Assembly (NCBI GenBank): GCA_013239625.1
Contig: MU056000.1
Coordinates: forward strand, 11,421,175-11,485,174
Direction of reading: 5' to 3'
DNA length: 64,000 nt
Source: Lama guanicoe
Taxonomy: Eukaryota
Made by a program: the position numbers and the translations under genes. A model generated the notes under the pieces. That model was not told the origin of the DNA. It worked only from the letters and a program-made list of their open reading frames with translations, and did no database searches. Positions 53,997-64,000 of the stretch are shown here, piece after piece; position 1 is the first letter of the stretch; each line of letters opens with the position of its first letter.

Positions 53997-54455
53997 TGTC
54001 GACCGAAAAAAATGCACTACCTAAAAGTTGAGAATTGTGTTTTACTCAACGGACTTGCTGAGGACTTAAGCCTGGGAGGCAGTCTCTCAGATAGCTCTAA
54101 GGGACTATTCCAGAGAGGTAAGGGAGGAGCCAGGAGACATAGCAGTTTTTGCAAACAACAGCAACAAAAACAGGTAGTGGAAACATCAAAAGATTATTGT
54201 TAATTAAAAAGCAGACATACGACATCTCAAATTAATGAATTTAGCACTTTTCAATATATGGGAGGATGCAAGAGTCTGAGCTCGTTAAAATCATTCCTCT
54301 GATACGCATCTTAATTATCTAGGACCATATCCAGTTTTCTTTCTCCATCCTGGACCCCCTCAGCGTATGCGGTCAAATGATTGCAGTGGTTGATGGCTTG
54401 ATGGCCACAACATCCTTTGTTTACTGATTTGGCAGGTGACATTTTTCCATCCACA
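53997..54455 (-). mobile_element. Solo ERV1 LTR (same family as 25096-25592)
   Basis: TG...CA termini, flanks acac/gcac. Shared motifs cctaaaagttgaga, ctgaggact, ctctcagat, caggtagt, aaaagatta, tatgggagga, ttactgat. Confidence 0.75.
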
Positions 54456-54754
54456 GCACCATTTTCAGAAGACGTCCCTGGTGATTTCAGAACGGTCTAT
54501 GGTGATTTCAAAGAACTTGTCAGACCACATTGCTAAGTGCGGCTAACTCAATGTCCAGCAGAAAACATTATTGCCAGAATGCTGGAGTAATTTGTCAGGG
54601 ACACTGAACATTTTGGAGATGATCCTGGAAATGTAACGAGCCTGGAAGACCACAGAAGTATTCCACTCCATTCCTCAAAAGTGAATTCCAAACTGTATGC
54701 AGAGACTTAATAACCTCACAGTTATAAACTACAAGTATAACAAATTTGGAGGGT

Positions 54755-54850
54755 TTGGGCTTTTTTTTGTTTGTTTTTGTTTTGTTTTGGGGGGTTTGTT
54801 TGTGGTTTTGGTGTGTTTGGGGGATTTTTGGTGTGTTACATTTTTTTGCC
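54755..54850. repeat. GT-rich low-complexity tract
   Basis: Almost exclusively T/G on the + strand. Confidence 0.8.
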
Positions 54851-57455
54851 AAACCCAAACCTTCCCGATCTATTTGTAAATGTTCACCCATCACTCATAA
54901 TTTCCAACTCATTTCCCTGGGTGGTCCTGCTTGTCTAGTGTTTACCATGATAAATTTTCCTCCTGTTAAGATCCAGGGCCCCTCGTGTAAATGGTCAGTG
55001 ACTATCAGCAAGTTACAGAACTACAGGTAAGCCCTTGCTAGATGTAGTTTTAAGGATTTCAAAAAGCCACTGAGAGAAATATGTCAAGGTTCTTTGTGAC
55101 ATTTTGTTTCCAGTAGACTGTCATAGGGACAAGCAGTTTGCAGATATCTTGTCTTATTTTTAATAATGTCTCAATATAGCCTTTTTATGTGTCCCAGGAA
55201 TAAACTAGAAATGCAATTAGCTAAATTTTTTAAAACATTACATTTCATTTTGGAAGTGTTCCAACTTCAGCTGAAAAGATTACAACTAGAAATTTCCCAT
55301 TTCAATGCACCTTTGTCACAGGAACACCTACTGGCCCTACTGCATTATATAAGTAAGGAAAAAAAAACAAAACCTTTCTTTTCTGTTCGGGTTGTAATGG
55401 GTGCAATGTACATGGATTACGTGGTAGAAGAGTCCTGGTTATCACTGACCATATTCCAAGATACCATTAGCATACAGATAAATTTAAGTCTGCTCCAAGT
55501 TAGCATCAAGTAGTTAACTTCAGTAGGATTTAGGCACATCTGAATACCTAATCCTTCAGAAAACTACTTTTAACCACCATCCTTCTGATTTAGCAGAATC
55601 AGAATAAAGAGTAGAAGTGTTTACAGGCCCTTTTCCCAACCTTCCTAACCTCTCCCCGCTACGCTAATCTGAAAGCCAAGAGTCCTGCCAAGAGGCTCAC
55701 ACCAAACGCAGTTAGCTCATTTATTCTCGATTTCTTTATTAACAATTTCCAAATGTCCCTGAATTTACTTTGTTCCAGCATTTGGGATGTCTCTACACTT
55801 TCTAAAGTAATTTCTTAATGTCTCCACTAGCATTTCTCTTTAACTTTTGAAGTCAACGGTAGCAGAACTTCAGTATGGGCTTGCACTGAGATAGAGCCTC
55901 CTCCACAGACCCCAAAACAGCAAACACAGAAATATTGACCACCTTGGCCCCTGGCACGGATTACAGCTACAAAGGGAAAAAGTTGCCTTTAAGTTTTCAT
56001 AACGTGGTCAGATCTGATCAAGTTAATTAATGATTAGATTAGGATTTAACAGTCCAGAATTTGCTTCCTGGTTCTGCCACTGATTTTCTGCTAATGTCTG
56101 GAAGAATCGTTTAATTTCTATATTAGAAGCTATGACAACAACAGTGGTTAAGGGTCAAGCTTTTTGGAACTATCACCATTGTTCATATTTTATATGGTGG
56201 GCTGGTTTTCATATAAAAAGATATATAGATGGATGGATGGATAGATAGATACATATGTTTGGTCCAGGAGTACCCAGCATTGATGCCATCTCATGAGAGT
56301 TCCTGGTGTTCCTGAAATTCTCACGTGCTCAGTGTTTTATTTAGCTTTATGAAACACATGAGCTTTGAGATCTAGAACAAAACAGCAATGGAGCCACATC
56401 TGTCAAAAATATTGAGTGCTGCGTCTGCCCTCAGTTTTTATCAAAATCACTCTAAATCCTGCCAGTCTGTCCAACTAAAAAGAGTGAAAGAATAGAGATA
56501 TTCTACTGATGCTGGAATAAGGACAAGAAAGATGTCTGACTCAGCCAATAAAACTGAAACGCTGTAGGAGCAAGCCAAGGGGATAAATAACCCATCTGAA
56601 TTAGGATGCAGACAGGACTTCATGGCTGAGATTTTTTTTCTCAGCTCTAGTTACTGGGACCAAAGATGAGGGTATTTACTGATGGCATCCCAAACTCTCC
56701 CCTTTGCCAAACACAATATTTTTTTCCAATGTGGTAGTGAAATGTGTCTTTTGTACTGATTTTTAGAATTCCCTAGCCAGGTACTTTTTTCTGGAAAAAT
56801 ATAGCAGGATGAATACCATTGATAATCAGAAGTGGCCAGGATTCTAGAGAAAGAATTTCCAAAGAATACAGCTACATTCGTGCATGTGCTGCCTCTTAGT
56901 GCCTTCTCTGGGACAGAACAGTTAGATCTGACTATGGAAAGACATGGTTCATGGGCGGGTGGAGGACGTGAAATATTCTAAAGATATCAAAGGAATACCT
57001 GGTCGTGTAGATCTTATGTTGCTACTGTTGCTTTATTTTTTAAGTGGCATATCTGGGTGCGTGGAGGGCATGAGGTGCGTGGAGGAACGGACAGGAAGTG
57101 GGGAGGGGGAAAGAGTCTTGCGGCTCCACCTGCGCCGGGTTTTCTATTTGTATCCAGTCCTGCTACGCCTTGGTTCCTCAGGAGCTGGGAAGTTGAAACT
57201 GTTCCGAACATTCAATCCAGTGCATGCTCTTCCATCAATAGCTGCCGGAGACATAACAAAAAGCAAACATAATTCCTACCGTCAAGACACCCACCATCTA
57301 GTCGGGGAAGACCAAAATGCAAATGGCATTCTGACTGAAATCAACAAATATTTCCTGAAAGCTCATTAATGAGGGACCTTGTTTTAGGCACTGGTGACAA
57401 TGCAGTGAACGAGGCAGACAAAAGTCCATGCTCTCGTGAAGTTTATATTCTAAAG

Positions 57456-57865
57456 CCAACCTGTCCAACAGGACTGTCCACAATAATGGAAATGTCCTGT
57501 ATCTCTGCTGTCCCTTATGGCGGCCACTAGCCACGTGTGGCTGTTGAGTACTTGAAAGGTGCTTGTGTGAATGAAGAACTGATTCTAAAGTGTTATTTAA
57601 CTTTAATTAATTTACCTTTAAACAGTCATGTGTGGCTAGTGGCTACCGTACTGTACAAAGCAGCACTACCTAATTTGAATTCCAGCAATAATAAAACATT
57701 CTGTATCTGTGCCAACTCACAGGGTAGCCACTAGTTACGTGTGGTTTAGTGAGCATTTGAAATGTGGCTGTTGTGACTGAGGAACTGAATATTAAATTTC
57801 ATTTAATTTTCATAAATTTCAACTTAAACGCACGTGGCTAGTGACTGCTGTATCAGATAGCACAG
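57456..57865. mobile_element. Two head-to-tail MER3 MITEs inserted in an L2
   Basis: The unit aataat..aaa..t.ctgtatct...gccactag..acgtgtgg...gag.a.ttgaaa...gaactga...gtggctagtg.ct occurs twice (~57456-57663 and ~57661-57865). Confidence 0.8.
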
Positions 57866-58049
57866 CTCTAGAAACTCACTTCTCAAGTATGATCTATGGA
57901 CCTGTAGCATCAGTAACACTTAGAATGTTAAAAATTCAGACTCTGCGTGTTAACAGGATCCTCAGATTAAAGTTTTGTAAGCACTTGTCCACTAGAAGCA
58001 GACAATAAAATAAAAAATGAAATATGTGTGTGTGTGTATGGATGGATGA

Positions 58050-58650
58050 GAATGTGTCTATGGACCAAGAGGAGAAGGTCTACGGTACAGAATAAAGCAG
58101 GGAAGGGGGATGGGAGAGCTGTGTGGAGAGGTTTCAATTTTCAAAGCACAATCAGAAAAGTCTTTACTGAAAATGTGATGTTGGAGAAAAGACTTGAAAG
58201 AGGTGAGGGGACAGGAAATGTGGGTACCTGCAGGAAGAGCATTCTAGGCAGATGGAACAGCAAATGCAAAGGTCCTGAGGCAAGAGCAAAGATCCTGCTG
58301 GCTTGACCCAAGGAGCTGCAAGGAGGTCAGCATGGCTGGGGCAGAGACTCCCCAGGGTATTGGAAGATAGGGTTACAGAGGTAATGGGGACACCTTGTGA
58401 GAGGCTGGTACCACTGCAAGAAATTTGGTGATTTGACTTATATTGTAAAGGGTGCTTTCTGGTTTTGTGTCTAAACAGTGATGGCAGGGCGCAAACAGAG
58501 ACACTACCTAGGGAGCTCTTGCAGCAATCTAACTGGAAGATGAGGGTAGCTTAGAGCAGGCTGATGGAGGTGGAAGTGTTGAGATGTGATCAGATCAGAT
58601 TTTGGGTTTGTTTTGAAGATGTCACCAAAAGAATTTGCTTACAAATTGGA
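58050..58650 (-). mobile_element. L2 fragment
   Basis: gaaaagacttgaaagaggtgaggg...ggaagagcattctaggcagatggaacagcaaatgcaaaggtcctgagg. Confidence 0.8.
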
Positions 58651-59174
58651 TGAGACCAGAGAGACAAAGAGAATGAAGAAGACTTCAGGCAAGCTGAAAC
58701 ATTCTCTAGATCTACTGGCTAGGACTACAAAATATAGTCAGACATTATTTCCTGCATTATCTATATGACAAAATCTTCAAAGCTCTGTTCTCTGCATAAG
58801 AGGAAGTCCATTCATCTATCCACATTGGCAGGTATAGCCAACTATAGCCAACCCTCCATCAAACTGCTTTCTTTAATATGAACACTTCATCTTTTGTCAG
58901 TCTTTCATAAGAGATCATGGGGATTCATCTTGAATCAGGTAGCCTCCCAACCACCCAAACCTCCTTATAGAAATTCTGGAGTCACAACTGTCTGTTAGTT
59001 CTCCCATGGAAATTTCTGGAAAGCAACACAAAGACTATTGGACACCTCCATCTGCCAGCCTCCCTTAAATCTGGCTGGTCCTTGGCTTGGCAGGTCCCCT
59101 CTGGCCATCTCTTGATTGGCTTTTCTTCCCTGAATTCAGTCCTCGTGAGCCAACAGTTATCAAAAACTGTTAAT

Positions 59175-59470
59175 CATTTAGCTTATTCAACCAATGTTTG
59201 CTGAGCACCAGCAGCGTGCCCAGCACTTTCTTACATACTGAAAACATGACAAGAACAGACAATTCTCTATCCTTGCGAAGTTTACTTTGCTTGAAGAGAG
59301 ACGAACAATGAACAAAGAGAAACATAATGTAGTATCTTATAGTGACAAGGACCATAAAGAAAACTAAAGTTTAGATTAAAGTAAAGATTAGAAGGAGGGT
59401 GCATGCCCACGAGATGGGGGTACTAGACAGATGAGGGAAAGCATCACTGAGGAGATGACATGTCAGCAGG
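59175..59470 (-). mobile_element. L2 3' fragment
   Basis: attcaaccaatgtttgctgagcacc...gtgccc...cactgaggagatgacat. Confidence 0.6.
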
Positions 59471-59519
59471 AGAGAGAATGTATTTGCATTGCAGGAATGC
59501 AAACAATTTGCAGTTGAAT

Positions 59520-60025
59520 GCTGTTATTAGATTCCTATTACAAATTGCAAATTACCCCCATGTTTGGCAATTTAAAGTAATACACATGTATTATGTCCAG
59601 TTTCTATTACAGCTGTGTCACAAGTTCTCGTAGCACTTGAGAGCAGTTTACTGGGTGAGTCTGGCTTGGTGTCTTTGAGTTAAGACATGAGCCCTGGCTG
59701 TCGTCATCAGAGGGCTTGACAGGTTGGACAACCACTTTCAACCCCACTCAGTGGCTACTGGCAGGAAGCCCACCCGCATAAGCCCCTCCGTGGGGCTGCT
59801 CACGACATGATGGCTGGTTTCCCCCAGAGTGAGTGATCCAAGGAAGAGTTAAGAGATAGCAAGCAGGAAGACAACGTGCCTTTAGTGACCTTGTCTTGGA
59901 ATGACACACCATCACTTCCACTGCATCCTGTTAAACACTCTGATCCAGTGGGGGAGGGAAGCACAAAAGCCATGAATTCCAGGATGCAGGGATCATTGGG
60001 GGACTATCCTGGAGGCTGGCTACTT
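59520..60025 (-). mobile_element. MLT1 (F-like) MaLR LTR
   Basis: ggggctgctcacgacatga...tttcccccagagtgagtgatccaag...ccatcacttccactgcatcctgtt...ggatcattggggg...ggaggctggctac. Confidence 0.75.
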
Positions 60026-60067
60026 CAAATAAAGAACATCCTACTCTTTTTTAAAAATTTAAATCAA

Positions 60068-60468
60068 TTTTTTTAATTGAAGTATGGTCAGTTTACAATG
60101 CTGTGTCTATTTCTGCTGTACAACATAATGTTTCAGTCCTACAAGTACATACATACAATCCTTTTTCATATTTTTTTCCATTATAGGCTGCTACAAGGCA
60201 TTGGCTATAGTTCCCTATGCTGTACAGTAGAAATGTGTTGCTCATCTATTTAATATATGGTAGCTAGAACCTGTAAATCGTGAACTCCCAATTTATCCCT
60301 TCCCACTCCTTCCCCCCAGTTTGTTTTCTATGTATGTGAGTCTGTTTCTGTTTCGTAAATAAGTTCATTTCTGTCTTTTTTTAAGATTCCACATATAAGT
60401 GATATCATATGGTTATTTTTTTTTCTCTTTCTGGCTTACTTCACTCAGGATGATGATCTCCAGGTCCC
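60068..60468 (-). mobile_element. L1 3' end
   Basis: ttttaattgaagtat..tcagtttacaatg...ctcccaatttatccc...aagattccacatataagtgatatcatatgg...gatctccaggtcc. Confidence 0.9.
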
Positions 60469-60554
60469 CCTTATTCTTGAGAGCCACCCCGCTCCTCTTC
60501 AATCTTGTCATTGATCACCCCTTCTGATCCCTTTCTTTCATGAGCCAAGAGATT

Positions 60555-60678
60555 TAAAGAAGGAAGAGAAGTGGGGGAGAGGAGGAGGAGGAGAAAGAAG
60601 AGGAAAATGGAGAATAAAACAGGAAGGGGAGGGGGAGGAGAATGGAAGAGGAGGAAAGAAAGAAAATGAAAAGAAGAC
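60555..60678. repeat. Purine-rich (GGA/GAA) low-complexity tract
   Basis: Read directly. Confidence 0.8.
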
Positions 60679-61608
60679 GACGTTTGTATTTTCTTTTGAA
60701 AAAGCTTTGTATTGTCAACTCCTAAGCCCAGATCATCTCTAGACACATTATTGCATGTCTACAGACTCATTAATGGACTTTGCTATAATGTGGTAGCTTA
60801 CTCAGTATCTAAAGATTTCTTGCTCCCACTAATAGTCACTCCAAGGAGAAAGGAGTTTTCTAAGGAATTTATTTCCCCAAAGATAGGAATTATGCCAAAT
60901 GTTCCCCTTATAACACTAAAGTTAGCTATAAGACAGTTTTCATTATAAATAATTACTTTCATTAAACCTATTTGAAGACATTGTTGTATTTTAGGACCCA
61001 CTATCCCTTATTCAACATCTGACACTCTTAATTCACTCAGGTATCTGCAAAATGTCTCACACCATAAATTTCTCCTTGGGTTTAGTTCCAGGGTAAAAAA
61101 TTTATTCTTCAGGAAAGCTTGCCTGCTTTCTGTAAGTCCATTAAGATGACATATCTCAGTATATTTCCCTGTCTTCTTTCATTTTCAGGAAATCCAGAAA
61201 ATAATTAAGGCCAAACTATAATCTATAGCTCTTTCCAGGTAATTAGTAACCTCTGTTTCTTCCCTCCATGTCATATGATTACTCTTCTCTTTTTTCATTA
61301 TGTTTAAAGTTATATACCACCTCCAGTCCTTTTGCAGTGGACAGGATTTATATTCTAAACAAACAGTAAATTATGACAGCTTCAGCCAAGAGCAAATGAT
61401 TTTTGACTCAAATTCCAACGTGTAGGTCCATAGACGTAAGATGGTCACTCAGCCCCAGTGGCACTACTAAAGCTGAAGGACTGTTAGTTGATCTTACCAG
61501 CATCTTGAGAAAGATGCTATTTTTTATATGTGCTCTTTGTCAAAGATCATGGAGCCAGCAGGAGATGATTCAGATTCGTCCCTCCCTTGAGTCAACTTGG
61601 ATACGATT

Positions 61609-62003
61609 TGTTATGTCCTGAACTGTGTCTCTCCCCACTGCAAAATCCATCTGTTGAAGTCCACCCCCCCACCCCAGTAACTCAGAGTGTAACTCTAATT
61701 GGTGATAGGGTCTCTACAGAGGGAATTAAGTTAAAATCAGTTCATTCAGTTAAACCCTAGTATGACTGGTGTCCTCATAAGATGAGGAGGTCTGAACATA
61801 AAAAAGTACAGAAGGAAGACAATGTGAAGATTTAGGGAGAAGACAGCAATCCACAAACCACAGAGAAAGGCCTCAGAAGAAACAACCCTGTGGACATCTT
61901 AACCTTGAACTTTGAACCTCCAGAACTGGGAGAAAATAAATTTCTGTTGCTCGAGCCACTCAGTCAATGGTACTTTGTAATGGCAGCTAAAATGAAATAA
62001 TAC
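61609..62003 (+). mobile_element. MLT1B-like MaLR LTR
   Basis: tgttatg..ctgaactgtgtc...tatgactggtgtcctcataaga...cctccagaactgggagaaaataaatttctgttg...tggtactttgt...aataca. Confidence 0.85.
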
Positions 62004-63374
62004 AGTATTGTATCCGCCCACAAAGGAGTGAAAACTGAAACCTGAAATATTTTCATAATCAGGGTCCAACCAAAATTGGCCACAGTTTGGTCTGAAGATA
62101 TGAAATCATGTAGAGACGGAGTGCAGGGATTAGAATGGCTGAAACCACTCCTACTTACAGGAGCCAGCTCCATCCCCAGTGAACTTCTGGCGCATGGTCA
62201 GCATGGTCTGCAGCTCACGCCTCTGCGCTCTGCTGGGGAATGGGCGGGCGGGGTCGAAGGGCTGATGGTTTCCCGTAAGGCCCAAAGGTTGTGCTTCTCC
62301 AGGTCTGAAGTACCAAAGTTGACTGTGTCCTTTATGGCTCAGACTCACCCGGTGTCATCTTCTCTTCATCTTTGGAAATTGCTTTAAATCCCTGCATGTG
62401 TTAAATGGCTTTTCTAAATCTATAGCCTTGTCAGGCTGTATGACCTTCTCCTGGGGTCTGAAATACGGGCATCCCAGGTCAATATTCATGTTAAGGTCTC
62501 ATTGATACATCCTTCTCGCTTTCCCAGGGAGAGACAGAGGAGCACTTCTCGGTCCAGATGATTTCTGCAGTAGGACAGGTGCTAAAATCATGGCTGGATA
62601 ATGTTCCCAGCATCCAATTTGATCTTATGATCAAGTAAAGGGAGGACCGCCAGGGAGGGGTTGGGGAGGGGTAACGGGTGGAAATTCAGAACCTGGAAGA
62701 ATTGTCCCCCGCAGAGAAACTAAAAGACACATAGATATTTCCTTTTCTTTCCCACGTCCTTTTTAAAAAAAAAGTTAGTATTTATTTTTCAGAAGGGGAA
62801 TATAAATATTTATGCATCGAAAAATGGTATTGCTGGTGATGTTCAGCTTCTGTTATCATGTTCAGATTATGGTGCAGACGGAGCTATTCCGAACATTTTC
62901 ATGCTGTTATGCCAATGGTCAACCTTGAAAAATGAGGGCCTATATCCATTTTCTTCTAATCTCTGCTAAATGCATATGATATTTTCCCTCAAGATATAAG
63001 TTGTAACCATCCATGAAGGATGCAAGCCTTTCGTGAAGAAAATAGAATGTTTAACTGTTGACCGAAGCGTGGAGGTACCAGGCATACGTACATCTGAAGC
63101 ATTGATGGATGGTGTGTCCCTTTATCAGTGTCAGCTATGATGGTAACAGGACTGATAAGGGTAGTTCATCAGCTACCATTTTTGGCTGGAGAGGCCAGGA
63201 AGGCTGAATGGTGGCTATGAAAATGCCATCACTGAAATCATCACGCATTCCTTATACCATGAGGGGCTGCTTCCTGTAACTGCTTCTTCCAAGATTTTAT
63301 TGGAGCAAAGCAGCAGTGGCCATAGTGTGTTCATTGCCTGTCCTGAGATGGCTTAGAGTCATGGAGACACCAAT

Positions 63375-63570
63375 CGTCTTAGCATCAAAAGTACCAGCTC
63401 TGTGTTAGCTATATGACCCTGAGCAGGTTACCTAATCTTTCTTTCCCTGATGGCCTCATTTTTCACTTGTGGGAATTTGGCCCAGAGCTCTTGCCTGGGT
63501 TATAGGGTAAGAGATGACAGATAAAAGTGCTTGGTCAACTCTGTAGCCCTGTAAGAGTGTAAATAATAAG
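63375..63570 (+). mobile_element. MIR remnant
   Basis: ccagctctg...tagctatatgaccctgagcaggttacctaatct...cctcatttt...aaagtgctt. Confidence 0.55.
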
Positions 63571-64000
63571 TAACTTGATTGCACCTCTAGCGATGCCCTC
63601 AGGGTGCAAATGCAAAAGGATCTTGCAGCTTTTCGGGCTTTACTCCACCAAGCTGTCCACAGTTGTCTTCAGGAAGGCCTTGATTATTTCTCTTTCATTT
63701 GCATAGATTCCTGGCTTCTTAATCATGTAATACCGCTGCAGCCATCTTCAGATGCCAGGCCTGAACTCAAGCACATCAATTATAATTCAAAAGTGGTCAG
63801 TTTTGATTCAAGAATTGATTTATTTACCTTCTTACTGCAAGTGCATTCTTGATGAATACCCCAATTTATAAGATACAAACTTACCTCAATGTAGCCTACT
63901 CCCGGAAAAGGTCCTAAACATACAATGCTTTTGGCTTTCAAGAGAGTCTCCTACAGAGGAAAGGGATTAGACTAGAAACCTCCGTGTGAATTGTTTCCAT

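Noticed and set aside
25096..54455. A single provirus bounded by the two related LTRs
   Set aside because: 29 kb apart, each LTR has its own TSD-like flanks, the copies are diverged, and no gag/pol/env lies between them.
1..64000. CRISPR arrays, operons, rRNA/tRNA genes or a novel multi-gene system
   Set aside because: Mammalian intronic and intergenic DNA; no repeat-spacer arrays, structural RNA genes or clustered ORFs were seen.

Overview
This window is mammalian genomic DNA, most likely a camelid artiodactyl (inferred from L1 3'-end types and the lack of recognisable Alu, B1, Bov-tA/BovB, PRE-1 or CHR-2 SINEs). It holds the 3' part of FBXL7 (F-box/LRR protein 7) on the + strand: about 38 kb of upstream intron, an intact 612-bp coding exon (38141-38752; F-box plus first LRRs), a 7.1-kb intron, and the last exon starting at 45894. 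That last exon has an apparent 90-nt deletion and a 5-nt frameshift, then runs into a 941-N assembly gap. The 3' UTR follows to an AATAAA at 48838, and about 15 kb of intergenic DNA ends the window. The rest is ordinary interspersed repeat: L1 3' ends, L2, MIR, MaLR/ERV LTRs, and hAT and Tigger MITEs. I found no evidence of a novel multi-gene system. The best leads are the last-exon lesions (probably an assembly artefact), a diverged orthologue of the L2-derived human MIR887 hairpin, a possible alternative 3' splice site giving a truncated product, a twin-primed 5'-inverted L1, and nested or tandem transposon events. Repeat family names and human comparisons are recalled from memory, not searched, and repeat boundaries are approximate.
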